Assembly (NCBI RefSeq): GCF_963921235.1
Contig: NC_086097.1
Span: 232,812,001 to 232,876,000 of the forward strand
Origin: Mobula hypostoma
Taxonomy: Eukaryota
DNA length: 64,000 bases
Direction of reading: 5' to 3'
In this document: positions 23,958 to 37,899 of the stretch, piece by piece
Layout of the letters: each line of letters begins with the position of its first letter
How positions within the stretch are numbered: the first letter of the stretch is position 1
Position numbers and translations under genes: made by a program
The notes under the pieces: generated by a model
Told to the model about the DNA's origin: nothing
The model's database searches: none
The model's input: the letters and a program-made list of their open reading frames with translations, nothing else

Positions 23958-26900
23958 ATTGCCATACAGATTGGATGGGTTGCACCTGAACTCGAGTGGG
24001 AGCAATATCCTTGCAGGTAGGTTTGCTAGCATGGTTCAGGAGGGTTTAAACTAATTTGCAAGGGGGATGGGACCCAGAGCGATAGAGCAGTGAAAGAAGT
24101 GCATGGAGTAAAGCCAGATCTATCATACAGAGAGGCTTTGAGGAAAGAGAAGCAGAATAAAGGGTGTAAAGGTAGTAAGGTAGAAGGGCTGAAGTGTGTG
24201 TACCTCAATGCAAGAAGCATCAGGAACAAAGGTGATGAACTGAGAGCTTGGATACATACATGGAATTATGATGTAGTGGCCATTACAGAGACTTGGCTGG
24301 CACCAGGGCAGGAATGGATTCTCAATATTCCTGGATTTCAGTGCTTTAACAGGGATAGAGAGAGACAAAAAGGGGAGGAGGGGTGGCATTACTGGTCAGG
24401 GATACTATTACAGCTACAGAAAGGATGGGTAATGTAGCAGGATCCTCTTTTGAGTCAGTATGGGTGGAAGTCAGGAACAGGAAGGGAGCAGTTACTCTAT
24501 TGGGGGTATGCTATAGGCCCCCTGGTAGCAGCAGAGATACAGAGGAGCAGATTGGGAGGCAGATTTTGGAAAGGCGCAGAAATAACAGGGTTGTTATCAT
24601 GGGTGACTTTAACTTCCCTAATATTGATTAGCACCTGATTAGTTCCAAGTGTTTAGATGGGGCAGAGTTTGTTAAGTGTATCCAGGACGGATTCCTATCA
24701 CAGTATGTGGACAGGCCGACCAGGGGAATGCCATACTAGATCTAGTACTAGGTAATGAACTGGGTCAGGTCACAGATCTCTCAGTGGGTGAGCATCTGGG
24801 GGACAGTGACCATCGGTCCCTGGTCTTTAGCATTATCATGGAAAAGGATAGAATCAGAGAGGACAAGAAAATTTTTAATTGAGGAAGGGCAAATTATGAG
24901 GCTATAAGGCTAGAACTTGCAGGTGTAAATTGGGATGATGTTTTTGCAGGGAAATGTACTACGGACATGTGGTCGATGTTTAGAGATCTCTTGCAGGATG
25001 TTAGGGATAAATTTGTCCCGGTGAGGAAGATAAAGAATGGTAGGGCGAAGGAACCATGGGTGACAAGTGAGGTGGGAAATCTAGTCAGGTGGAAGAAGGC
25101 AGCATACAAGAGGTTTAGGAAGCAAGGATCAGATGGGTCTATTGAGGAATATAGGGAAGCAAGAAAGGAGCTTAAGAAGGGGCTGGGAAGAGCAAGAAGG
25201 GGGCATGAGAAAGCCTTGGCGAGTAGGGTAAAGGAAAACCCCAAGGCATTCTTCAGTTATGTGAAGGAAAAAAGGATGACAGGAGTGAAGGTAGGACCAA
25301 TTAGAGACAAAGGTGGGAAGATGTGCTTGGAGGCTGTGGAAGTGAGCGAGGTCCTCAATGAATACTTCTCTTCGGTATTCACCAATGAGAGGGAACTTGA
25401 TGATGGTGAGGACAAGATGAGTGAGGTTGATGTTCTGGAGCATGTTGATATTAAGGGAGAGGAGGTTTTGGAGTTATTAAAATACATTAGGACGTGTAAG
25501 TCCCCGGTGCCTGACGGAATATTCCCCAGGCTGCTCCACGAGGCGAGGGAAGAGATTGCTGAGCCTCTGGCTAGGATCTTTATGTCCTCATTGTCCACGG
25601 GAATGGTACCGGAGGATTGGAGGGAGGCGAGTGTTGTGCCCTTGTTCAAAAAAGGTAGTAGGGATAGTCCGGGTAATTATAGACCAGTGAACCTTAACGT
25701 CTGTGGTGGGAAAGCTGTTGGAAAAGATTCTTAGAGATAGGATCTATGGGCATTTAGAGAATCATGGTCTGATCAGGGACAGTCAGCATGGCTTTGTGAA
25801 GGGCAGATCATGTCTAACAAGCCTGATAGAGTTCTTTGAGGAGATGACCAGGCATATAGATGAGGGTAGTGCGGTGGATGTGATCTATATGGATTTTAGT
25901 AAGGCATTTGACAAGGTTCCACACGGTAGGCTTATTCAGAAAGTCAGAAGGCATGGGATCCAGGGAAGTTTGGCCAGGTGGATTCAGAATTGGCTTGCCT
26001 GCAGAAGGCAGAGGGTTGTGGTGGAAGGAGTACATTCAGATTGGAGGATTGTTACTAGTGGTGTCCCACAAGGATCTGTTCTGGGACCTCTACTTTTCGT
26101 GATTTTTATTAATGACCTGGATGTGGGGGTAGAAGGGTGGGTAGGCAAGTTTGCAGATGACACAAAGGTTGGTGTTGTAGATAGTGTAGAGGATTGTTGA
26201 AGATTGCAGAGAGACATTGATAGGATGCAGAAGTGGGCTGAGAAGTGGCAGATGGAGTTCAACCCGGAGAAGTGTGAGGTGGTACACTTTGGAAGGACCA
26301 ACTCCAAGCCAGAGTAAAAAGTAAATGGCAGGATACTTGGTAGTGTGGAGGAGCAGAGGGATCTGGGGGTACATGTTCACAGATCCCTGAAAGTTGCCTC
26401 ACAGGTGGATAGGGTAGTTAAAAAAGCTTATGGGTGTTAGCTTTCATAAGTCGAGGGACAGAGTTTAAGAGTCGCGATGTAATGATGCAGCTCTATAAAA
26501 CTCTGGTTAGACCACACTTGGAGTACTGTGTACAATTCTGGTCATCTCACTATAGGAAGGATGTGGAAGCATTGGAAAGGGTACAGAGGAGATTTACCAG
26601 GATGCTGCCTGGTTTAGAGAGTTTGGATTATGATCAGAGATTAAGGGAGCTGGGGCTTTACTCTTTGGAGAGAAGGAAGATGAGAGGAGACATGATAGGG
26701 GTGTACAAGATAATAAGAGGAATAGATAGAGTGGATTGCCAGTGCCTCTTCCCCAGGGCACCACTGCTCAATACAAGAGGGCATGGCTTTAAGGTAAGGG
26801 GTGGGAAGTTCAAGGGGGATATTAGAGGAATGTTTTTAACTCAGAGAGTGGTTGGTGCATGGAATGTACTGCCTGAGTCAGTGGTGGAGGCAGATACACT

Positions 26901-27030
26901 AGTGAAGTTTAGGAGACTACTAGACAGCTATATGGAGGAATTTCAGGTGGGGGGTTATATGGGAGGCGGGGTTTGAGGGTTGACACAACATTGTGGGCCG
27001 AATGGGCTGTAATGTGCTGTACTGGTCTAT
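23958..27030 (+). mobile_element. CR1 LINE of a second lineage: end of ORF1 plus full but disrupted ORF2
   Basis: [55 protein letters not shown] and KFADDTK. Confidence 0.93.
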
Positions 27031-27501
27031 AATACGTGGTTCTTGGGAAGAGCCTTAGTACTATTTTTTTAGCATGAACTATTTCTCAGGAGGCTTGGGA
27101 TCAATGTGCCCCAGTAATCACTGATATATTGGCTAAATTATCTCTACAAATAATACATCAGAACTGAGAGGGTGTCATGACTCTCAAATATATGCTTTTT
27201 CTCTGAAATTCTGTAAAAAATTAAAAGAGAAGAATTAAATTTTATTTGAAAGAGAATCATAATTAAGAAGATATATTTCTGGTCTATTTCAGATGATAGA
27301 TTTTCATTTGATTTTCCTTCAGTTCACATTACTATAGGCTTTAAAAACTCATCATAAATCTGACAATTCCAAGCTGTGTGTATAGAGGGCAGTAGAGGAT
27401 TACAAAAGATCTGTTCGTCCTTCATGATACAATAGTGCACCCTAGTGCATCTCTCTAATGTTATCAGCTTTATTTACTGCTTCTCCACATTCTGCTTTGT
27501 A

Positions 27502-27982
27502 CACTCAATGGTCAGTTTATTAGGTACACTTGTACACCTTGTTAATGCAAATACCCAATCAGCCAACCATGTAGCAGCAACACAATGGACAGAAGTCTGC
27601 AGACGTGGTCAGGAGATTCAGTTGCTGCTCAGACCAAACATCAGAATGGGGAAGAGGTATGATCCAAGTGACGTTGAGCATGGGATGTTTGTTGTTGCCC
27701 GATGAGTGAGTCTCTCAGAAACTGCTGATCTCCTGGGAATTTCATGCACAACAATCTCTAGAGAATGGTGCAAAAAAATCAAAAAAGAACCAGTGAGCAC
27801 AGTTCTGTGGACAAAAACAGAGGTGAATAATTAGACTGGTTCAAGCTGACATGAAGGCAACAACAGTGATGTGTAGAAGAGCATCTCTGAACGGACAACA
27901 TGTCAAACCTTGAAGTGGATGGGCTACTGCAACATCGCATTTATTAGGTACAAGAGTTACCTAATAAAATGGCCACTGGATG
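27502..27982 (+). mobile_element. Tc1/mariner non-autonomous element
   Basis: TA-flanked TIRs cactcaatggtcagtttattaggta and tacctaataaaatggccactggatg; transposase N-terminal relic MGKRYDPSDVEHGMFVVAR. Confidence 0.8.
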
Positions 27983-28019
27983 TATATTATTGTAGTTTTG
28001 ATACTATATTTTGGAACTA

Positions 28020-28930
28020 TATTGCAACAACCTGGCACTCAACGTCAGTAAAATGAAAGAGTTGATTGTGGACTTCAGGAAGGGTAAGACGAAGGAACAC
28101 AAACCAATCCTCGTAGAGGGATCAGAAGTGGAGGTGAGCAGTTTCAAGTTCCTGGTTGTCAAGGTCTCTGAGGATCTAACTTGGTCCCAACATATCGATG
28201 TAGTTATAAAGAAGGCAAGACAGCGGCTATACTTCATTAGGAGTTTGAAGAGATTTGGCATGTCAGCAAATATACCCAAAAACTTCTATAGATGTACCGT
28301 GGAGAGCATTCTGACAGGCTGCATCACTGTCTGGTATGGGGGGAGGGGGGTGGGCTATTGCACAGAACTGAGAGAAGATGCAGAGGATTGTAAATCTAGT
28401 CAGCTCCATCTTGGGTACTAGCCTACAAAGTACCCAGGACAACTTTAAGGAGCTTTCTCTCACAAAGGCATTGTCCATTATTAAGGACCTCCAGCACCCA
28501 GGACATGCCCTTTTCTCACTGTTACCATCAGGTAGGAGGTACAGAAGCCTGAAGGCGCACACTCAGCAATTCAGGAACAGCTTCTTCCCCTCTGCCATCC
28601 GATTCCTAAATGGACATTGAAACCTTGGACACTTCCTCACTTTTTTTAATATACAGTATGTCATGATCGTACCGAATGGCAGTGCAGGCTCGAAGGGCCG
28701 AATGGCCTTCTCCTGCACCTATTTTCTATGTTTCTATGTCTGTTTTTTGCACATTTAAAATCTATTCAATATACGTATACTGTAATTTATTTATTTATTT
28801 ATTATCGTTTTATTTATTTATTTTTCTTCTATATTATGTGTTGCATTGAACTGTTGCTACTAAGTTAACAAATTTCATGTCACATGCTGGTGATGATAAA
28901 CCTGATTCTGTTTCTGAATCTGATTCTGTT
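28020..28930 (+). mobile_element. Rex1/Babar 3' fragment
   Basis: NNLALNVSKMKELIVDFRK, KKARQRLYFIRSLKRFG and [18 protein letters not shown]. Confidence 0.9.
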
Positions 28931-29904
28931 AGTTTAGAGTTACGAGATAATGAACACAGCTGAAACATATAATGCTTTTTCAAATCTCAACATTTCATTC
29001 ATTATTTATATTCAAGTCAGGAAAACTAGAATTTCCTTCTTTCACGTCCAGCCCAGGGAATCCTGAAGACTGGGCCATATTGTGAGGGTGGTAGCATATG
29101 TGACACCCTTGCGACGGCTGAAAACGATGGAATCCATCATGAAGGGCCCCCATCACCCACTTCTCATTGTGACCATCAGGAGGAGATACAGAAGCCTAAA
29201 GACATGTACTCAGTGTTTCAGGAGCAGCTTCCTTCCCTCTGCCATCACTAAGACAAAGAACCTTATTATTCTTTTGCAACATGCGCAAAATGCTGGAGGA
29301 ACTCAGCAGGCCAGGCAGCATCGATGAAAAAGAGTAAACAGTCGACATCTTGGGCTGAGACCCCTCATCAAGATTGTTCCTTAGCTCTATCCACAATGAT
29401 TCAACACCTTCCAATCCTATGCCACCTCTTCTAATGATTTGATTTCATTTTTTACCAGCAGAGACATACCACCCCTTCTGCCTTCCTGCCTGTCCTTTTG
29501 AAACAAATTGTAACCTTGGGCATTAAGCTCAAGCTATAGTTTTCTTTTGGTCTTGATTCAGTGATGCCTACAATATCATACGTGCCAATCTATGTATGGC
29601 TCTCTGTTTCTATATTGACTTGAATGACGTTTTAATATTTAAAGAGAACTGAAAACTAATGGAATGAAACTACAAAAGCGATTTTCAGTGCCAGAAAGGT
29701 TTACTGACACAAAATGACATTTGCCTTTGCTGCTAAAGGATTGAAATATACTAGCTCAAGCATCACACAAGTTTAGATGAAGTATGTAAGACAAGTACAG
29801 GAATATTCCACTGCACAGTGCAATCTGAACGGCAAACTAACCTGTGAGATGGTTTTTTTTTTACAAAGTTAATTGTGGAATGGGACAGCTTGTACAGCAA
29901 ATCA

Positions 29905-30535
29905 TAAACACAAGAAATTCTGCTGATGCTGGAACTTTTAATTCTAATTCCCATTCCTGTTCCAACTTGTCGGTCCATGGTTCCCTCTTGTGTCACGATG
30001 AGGTCACCCTCAGGGTGGAGGAGCAACACCTTATCTGCTGTCTATTCTGTCAGGGTGGCCTCCATCCTGATGGTATGAATATCGATTTTACCTTCCGGTT
30101 AAAAGAAATCCCCTCCATGGCCATTTACTTCTTCTCACCTGCCTATCACCTCCCCCTGGTGCCCCTCCTCTTTCCCTTTCTCCTCTGGTCCACTCTCCTT
30201 TCCAATTCTTCCCTCTCCAGCCCTTTACCTTTCCCGCCCACCTGACTTCACTTATTACCTCTTTTAGCTATTCCCTCTTACCCTCCCCCCACCTTTCTAT
30301 TGTGGCACCTTCTCCCTTCCTGTCTGGCCTTAAGGAGAGGTCTGGGCCTGAAATAAAAATGGAGATAAAAGGAGATTTAAAAAAAAGGATCAGCCATGAT
30401 TGAATGGCGGAGCAGACTCGATGGCCTAATTCTGCTCCTATGTCTTATGGTCTTAAAGAAACATTGACTGTTCGTTTACTTCCACAGATGCTGCCTGACC
30501 TGCTGAGTTCCTCCAGCATTGTGTGTGTGTGTTTA
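29905..30535 (+). mobile_element. Penelope-like element 3' fragment (GIY-YIG C-terminus plus UTR) with short inverted 5' piece
   Basis: FNSNSHSCSNLSVHGSLLCHDEVTLRVEEQHL..LHPDGMNIDF; hammerhead region split by a CR1 tail at about 30355-30455. Confidence 0.8.
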
Positions 30536-31394
30536 GCTTGCACAGCCCCACATTCAATGCCTGTCTGTATCTGCGCTGACCTGAAAATTCTCTGTGGCTA
30601 AGTAAAATAACTATCTTTCTCAACTTTATTTTGACAGCACATCACAGGCCTATACTCCCATCTCCAATTTGTTTATCTCTTCGCACTTTCTATTTTGTTT
30701 CTCTCTCCAATAGCGAGCCTTTCTCTTTCCAAACTCCTCAAATGTATTTATCTAACAGTTTGTGTTCTTATTCTCTCTACTTTCTTTAGGTTTTGTAGTT
30801 GTTCTCGGACTCTCAGTTGTTCCTGGTTATTTCCATTGTCCACATGAAATAACTCATGTATCCAGCAAGTCAGACAAAATGTGATCGCTGCAAGTTGCAA
30901 TAATCACACTATTATCCATGTACGAGTCATGCATTCAAGGGTGAGTTGTTTCTTGCCACTGATCTTAATATTAGTTGTCTCTAGTTCTTTATATAGGGAC
31001 GTCCCTCTATTCTGAGGCTGTGCCCTCTAGTCCTAGACTCCCTCACTACAAAAATGTCCACTCAATCTAGGCCTTTCAATATTTGATAGGTCTCAAAGAG
31101 AATCCCCCCCCCCCACCCCCAGTCTTCTAAATTGCAGTGAGTACTGTTCAAGGTAAATTTACTGTGAAAGTACATATATGTCATCATATACAACTCTGAG
31201 ATTCGTTTTCTTGCAGGCATATTCAATAAATCTATAATGGAATAGTAACCATGATAGGATCAATGAAAATCTGCACCAATTTGGGCATACAACCAATGTG
31301 CAAAAGACTGTGCAAATACAAAAAAAGAGAAAGTAATAATAAATCAACAAGCAATAAATATCAAGAACACGAGTCCTTGAAAGTGAGTCCATAG

Positions 31395-31735
31395 TTTAGA
31401 CATTGCAGCTACAACACTCCGGCCAGACATGGTCCTGTGGTCTACAATAGCCAAGCTGGCATATGTTGTGGAATTGACAGTACCATGGGAAGATGGTATT
31501 GAAGAAGCTTATGAGAGGAAAAAGACAGAGTACTCTGAACTGCCAACTGAAGCTGCCCAGAATGGCTGGAAGACCAAGATTTTCCCTGTAGAAGTGGGAT
31601 GCAGGGGATTCGTTGCTACATCTACGACCAATCAATTGAAGAAGATGGGGGTGAGGGGTCACTCCCTCCAACAAGCAATCAAGTCCTTGTCAAATGCAGC
31701 AGAAGAAAGCAGCAATTGGATTTGGATTATGGGGA
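31395..31735 (+). mobile_element. Hero-clade non-LTR retrotransposon, restriction-like endonuclease domain
   Basis: TTLRPDMVLWS..VELTVPWEDGIEEAYERKK..GWKTKIFPVEVGCRGF. Confidence 0.85.
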
Positions 31736-32011
31736 AAATGCAGCTGGTGGAGATGAGTCCATGGCCAGATCAGCCATGCCCTTAGTGAATGGCGGAGCAA
31801 GCTCGACGGGCCTGATGGCCGACTCCTGCTCCTATTTCATATGTTCTTGTGTTCTAACTACCAGAACAGTGAGGCATATTGAACATAGAACATAGAAATC
31901 TACAGCACATTACAGGCCCTTCAACCCACAATGTTGTGCCAACCATGTAACCTACTCTAGAAACTGCCTAGAATTTCCCTAGCGCATAGCCCTCTATTCT
32001 TCTAAGCTACA

Positions 32012-33152
32012 TGTACGCGAAAAGGGCCTACGCGGGCAAAATACATGGACACTTCTGTGACACAGGTGACACCAGACGGATGTGGCAGGGAATTAAAGCT
32101 CTGACAGACTACAAGATCAGGCAGAAAACTGATGACAGTGACGCCTCTCTACCAGACAGGCTTAACAATTTCTTTGCCCGCTTTGAAGCATCAAACACTA
32201 CAGCAAGGGGGAGAGCCAGTCCCTTTTCACCATCTGACCAGCCGGCTCCAATCATTGATCCAGAGAAAACACGGAGGACCCTTGCCAGGATCAACCCACG
32301 AAAAGCGAGAGGTCCGACAACAACCCTGGACGTGTGCTCAAGGAATGTGCTGATGTATTAGCAGATGTCCTGACAGACATTTTCAACATCTCCCTTAGTC
32401 AAGCTATTGTCCCCAGATGCTTCAAAACCTCCACAATCATCCCTGTAGCAAAGAAATCAGTTGTAGCCTGTCTGAATGATTACCGTCCCGTTGCCCTGAC
32501 CCCCATAGTGATGAAATGTTTTGAATGGCTTGTCAAGCCTCATGTCACAGCCAGCCTCCCCTCATCACTGGATCCTCTGCAGTTTGCTTATCGTCCAAAT
32601 CGCTCTACGGAGGATGCAATATCCACCACACTGCACGCAGTTCTCTCTCACTTGGACAACAAAGACACTTATGCAAGAATCCTGTACATTGATTTCAGTT
32701 CAGCATTCAATACCATCATCCCACAGAGACTAGTGGAGAAACTGTCGCTGCTTGGCCTTAGCACTGCCATGTGTCACTGGATTCTGGATTTCTTGACAGA
32801 GAGACCACAGTCAGTCCGTGTTGGCAGGAACATCTCTGACTCCATCACACTGAGCACTGGATCCCCACAAGGCTGTGTGCTTAGCCCATTGCTGTTTACA
32901 CTGCTAACACATGACTGTGCAGCCAGATTCAAGGTGAACCTGATCATTAAATTTGCAGATGATACCATAGTGGTGGGGCTCATCAGCAAAAATGATGAAA
33001 CTATGTACAGGCAGGAGGTCAAATACCTAGAGAGTTGGTACAGGGATAACAACTTGATGCTTAATGTCACCAAAACCAAGGAGATGATCGTCGATTCTGC
33101 CCTGCAGAGCTGATGTACGGTTAGAATGACAATAAAGTTTTTTGAATCTTGA
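32012..33152 (+). mobile_element. Rex1/Babar RT segment joined to a 3' tail (internal deletion)
   Basis: 259-aa ORF with [31 protein letters not shown] and KFADDT; tail gacaataaagttttttgaatcttga. Confidence 0.9.
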
Positions 33153-33154
33153 AA

Positions 33155-33368
33155 AAAAAAAGGAAAGGCAACAACTGGGCTGCAAGATGAAGACAGGAGG
33201 GTGTATCTGGGACGCCAGGTAGCACCGTTGAGCCCTCTGGAGACGTCGTGAGTTTATCAATGAAACGTCAAAGAAGGAGGGTGCCCACCTGATGACCCCG
33301 ATGACGTACCTACCCTCCCTCCTTGTAACCACTCCAAACCCACTGCCAACATTGAGAGTGCCAATTTA
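33155..33368 (+). mobile_element. Hero element C-terminus and 3' UTR (continuation of 31395-31735)
   Basis: KRKGNNWAAR* completes ...SNWIWI; ccatag flanks the whole element at 31389-31394 and 33369-33374. Confidence 0.65.
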
Positions 33369-33652
33369 CCATAGGGATTGGAACATTTCAATGATAGGGC
33401 AAGTGAAGTTGAGTTTGGTTCAAGAGCCTGATAGTTGAGAGGTAGCAACTGTTCCTGAGCAGGACAGAGCCATGAAACACTTCTCTTATGTTAACCCTTT
33501 TATTTCTGGAATAATACTCCTGAACCTCCTCTGAATCCTCCAAATGAATTACCAAACAGAGTTTCCTGTGTTTATTTCCCCTTCTGTCCTTGGAAAGAAT
33601 TTCACTTTGTTACTATATCAAAATCCTCCTGATTATGAATACCACTGTTATG

Positions 33653-34219
33653 CACTCAGTGGCCATGTTATTAGGTACCTCCTGTACCTGATAAAATGGC
33701 TGCTGAGTATATGTCCATGGTCTTCAGTTGTAGCCCATCTACTTCAAGGTTAGATGTGTTGTGCATTCAGAGATGCTCTTCCGCACACCACTGTTGTAAC
33801 ACAGAGTTATCTGAGTTACTGTCTCTTTCCCATTAGCTTAAACAAGTGTGGCCATTCTCCGCTGACCTCTCTAATCAACAAGGCATTTTCACCATTGAAC
33901 TGCTCCTCACTGGGTGTTTTTTTTTGTTTTTCATACCATTCTCTGTAAACGCTATAGACTGTTGTGTGTGACTATCCTGGGAGATCAGCAGTTCGTGAGA
34001 TTCTCAAACCACCCTGTCAGCCAGCAACGATCATTCCACCGTCAAAGTCACTTAGATCACATTTTTCCCCATTCTGATGTTCGACCTGAACAATAATTGA
34101 ACCTCGTAACCACGTCTGCATGCTTTTATGCATTGTGTTTCTGCCTCATGATGGGCTGATTAGATATTTGCATTAACAAACAGCTGCGCAGATGTTCATA
34201 ATAAGTTAGCCACTAAGTG
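33653..34219 (-). mobile_element. Tc1/mariner non-autonomous element, same family as 27502-27982
   Basis: TIRs cactcagtggccatgttattaggta and taataagttagccactaagtg followed by TA; interior is the reverse complement of the first copy. Confidence 0.8.
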
Positions 34220-35194
34220 TATCTGCTTTTGCTGTTCTGTTGCAAAAATAATCTCAGCCTCTCCAACACCATGAGGCCACTGAAATCATTCAGCTTTGGC
34301 CGTAACTCCTGGAAACCATCTCGGCAATTCTCTTCATGGACTGTCGGTGACATGGAACAGCTGTTGTACTGGCTTGCTCAATAAACCAACTTTGAATTTT
34401 GATGAGGGTGGAAACCCTGCTCTGTTGTGAACGATTCACTTCCCATCCATTTATAATAAATAATAATTCTAAAGAAGTGAACACAGAATATAACTACACA
34501 GTACAGGCTGTTTGGCCCATGATGTTGAGCTGACTTTTTAACCTACTCTAAAGTCAATCTGACCATTCCCTCCCTCATAGCCTTCCACTTTTCTGTCATC
34601 TGTGTGTTCATCTAAGAATTTCATTAATATCCCTAATGTATCTACCTCTACCACCATCACGTTCCACGTACCATGAAAGTAGGTCAGGACATACCGTAGA
34701 TGCTTATTTAGTGATTTCTATTGATTCTTTCTCAATACAAATTGGCTGATAAGAAAAAATATTTTTCTGAACCCAACTCTTGTTCCTTATTTTTCAAATA
34801 GTATACAGTATATTCGCTCAGCATTGATCTCAATTGTGTCAATTTTGGTAAGGTTGCTAATATTCTCACAGTGCACAAAACTGAATATATTGATCAAACT
34901 CTGCTCTAAAATACAGTTTTTCACAGGTTTTTTTTAAACAGCTTAATGAGTTTTCCATTGAATATCTTCAATAAATAAATTGGAGATCACCGAAGATAGG
35001 TTAGAGAGCTCGGGCTTTTCTCTTTGGAGCGAAGGAGGATGTGAGGTGACTTGATAGAGGTATACAAGATAATATGAGGCATAGATGGAGTGGATGGTCC
35101 AAGTCTTTTCCCCAGGGTGAAAATGGCTAACTCAAGCGGGCTTAATTTTAAGGTGTTTGGAGGAGAGGAAGGGTGTGCCAGTTGTAAGTTCTCC

Positions 35195-37830
35195 GCATCT
35201 CTGTTTTAAATGGACTCCCGTCTATCCTGAGGCTGTGCCCTCTTCTCCTAGACTCCCCCACCATGGGAAACATCCTTTTTACATTCACTCTTTCTAGCCT
35301 TTCAACATTCAAAAGGTTTCAGTGAGATACCCCCCACATCCTTCTAAGTTCCAGTGAGAGCAGGCTGAGAAACATCGAATGTTCCTCATATGTTAACCCT
35401 TTCATTCCTGGAATTATCCTTGTGAACCTCCTCTGAACCCTCTCCAATGCCAGCACACCTTTTCTTAGATAAGGAGCCCAACACTGTCACAATACTCAAG
35501 GTGAGGCCTCACCAGTGCCCTATAAAACCTCAGCATCACATCCCTGCTCTTATATTCTGGACCTCTTGAAATGAATGCCAACATTGCATCTACCTTCCTG
35601 ACCACTGACTCCGCCTGCAAGTTAATCTTTAGGGTGTTCTGCACAAGGAGTCCCAAGTCCCTCTGCATCTCAGATTTTTGGGTTTTCTCCCTGAGAAAAC
35701 AGTCTGCATATCTATTTCTTCTACCAAAGTGCATGACCATGCTTTTTTCAACATTGGATTTCATTTGCCGCTGTCTAATTCCTTCTGCAGCCTACCTGTT
35801 TCCTCAACAGTACCTGTCCCTTGACCAATCTTTGTATCATCAGCAAACTTGGAACCAGAGCCACCTATTCCATTATCTAATCATTGATATACAGCATAAA
35901 AAGAAAAGATCTCAAAACCAACCCCAGCGGAACACCACTAATCACTGGCAGCCAACCAGACAAGGATCCTTTTATTCCCACTCACTGCGTCCTACCAATC
36001 AGCCAATGCTCTAACCATGCCAGTAACTTTCCTGTAATACCACAGGTTCCTAACTTGGTAAGCAGCCTCATGTGTGGCACTTTATCAAAGGCTTTCAGAA
36101 AGTAAAAGTATGCAACATCCGCTGCATCCTCTTTATCTGTCCTCGTTGTAATCTCCTCAAAGAATCCAACAGATTCATCAGGCAAAATTTTCCCTTAAGG
36201 AAACAATGCTGACATTGTCCTATCTTGTCCTGTGTCATCACATACTCCATAACCTCATCCTTAACAATTGACTCCAACATCTTCCCAACCACTGAGTTCA
36301 TGCTAACTGGTCTATAATTTCCATTCTGCTGCCTTCCTCCTTTCTTAAGGAGTGGAGTAACATTTGCAATTTTCCAGTCCTCTGGCACCATGCCAGAGTC
36401 CAATGATTCTTGAAAGATCATTCCTGATGCCTCCACAATCTCTACAGCTACCTCTTTCAGAACCTTAGGGTGCTGTTCTTAAGTTCAGATGAGTTATGCA
36501 ATTTTAGGTCTTTCAGCTTTTTGAGCACCTTCTCCCTTGTAGTAATCACTGCGCTCATTTCTCTTCCATCACACCCTTCAACATCTGGCACAGTGCTAGT
36601 GTCTACCACAGTGAAGACTGATGCAAAATACTCATTTAGTTCCTCTGCCATCTCCTTCTCCCCATTATTATTTTTCTAGCCTCATTTTCTCACGGTCCTA
36701 CAGCCACTTGTGTCCCTTTTGTTTTTTAAATACTTGAAAAAGCTTTTTCTATCCACTTTGATATTGTTTGCTAGCTTGCTTTCATTTTTCATCTTTTCCT
36801 AATGATTCTTTTAGTTGCTCTCTGTAGGTTTTTTAAAGCTTCCTAATCCACTAACTGCCCACTAATTTTTGCTTTATATGCCCTTTCTTTTGCTTTTTCA
36901 TTAGGTTTGACTTCCCTTGGCAGCCATGGTTGTACTATTTTGCCATTTGAGTATTTATTTGTTTTTGGAATACATCTATCCTGCACCTTCCTCATTTCTC
37001 CCAGAAACTCATTCCATTGCTGCTCTGCTGTCATCCCTGCCAGCATCTCCTTCTAATTTATAAAGGTTTGTCACATCCGGAATTTTCCGGTTAACAGGTG
37101 ATTTCCTTCCATGCCACTCTGATGTATTGGGAAACGGTGCACGAGACAAGTTACAGCAGTAGTTTGCCATTGCCTTCTGCTGGGTGATCACCAGCTCTTA
37201 ACCCAGCACGGATGAAGAGTGTGCAAGGGTTCCAGCTGGAATCGAACTCGAGACCTCTCGCCCCGAAGTCCAGCGCTGATGCCACTATGCCGCCAGCCTG
37301 CTTCTAATTTACTTTGGCCAAATCCTCTCACATACCACTGTAATTTCCTTTACTCCACTGAAATACTGCTATGTCAGACTTTACTTTCTCCCTATCAAAT
37401 TTCAAGGTGAACTCAATCATATTGTGATCAGTGTCTCCTAAGAGTTCCTTTACCTTAAGCTCCCTAATTGCCTCCGGTTAATTACATACCACCCAATCAG
37501 GTATAGCAGATCCCCCAGCAGGCTCAATAACAAGCTGCTCTAAAAAGCCATCTCTATGAGAATCAACAAATTCACTCTCTTGAGATCCATTACCAACCTG
37601 ATTTTTGCAATCTACCTGCGTGTTACAATCTACCATGACTATCATGACATGCCTTTTCTACTTCCCGTTGTATTCTTGTAGTCCACATCCCAGCTACTGC
37701 TGGGAGGCCTGTATATGCTGCCTTCAGGTTCCTTTTACCCTTACAGTTTTTTAACTCAACCCACAAGGACTGAAAATCTTCTGATCCTATGTCACATCTT
37801 TCTAATGATTTGAAGCCATTATTTACCAGC
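35195..37830 (-). mobile_element. CR1 ORF2, decayed
   Basis: [27 protein letters not shown] and LVRPHLEYC. Confidence 0.9.
37061..37300 (-). mobile_element. tRNA-headed SINE with RTE-like 3' part, nested in CR1
   Basis: Perfect TSD cttctaattta (37050-37060 and 37301-37311); head ggcatagtggc and B box gagttcgattcc; gaaggcaatggcaaac motif. Confidence 0.85.
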
Positions 37831-37899
37831 AGTGGTGACTTGTAACATATACAAGTTTATCTAAACTTAACTTTTGACTGATGATCACTAATCCCATTA

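Noticed and set aside
33255..33310. GAAACGTC...CTGATGA in the Hero 3' UTR as a type II hammerhead
   Set aside because: Helices I and II cannot form.
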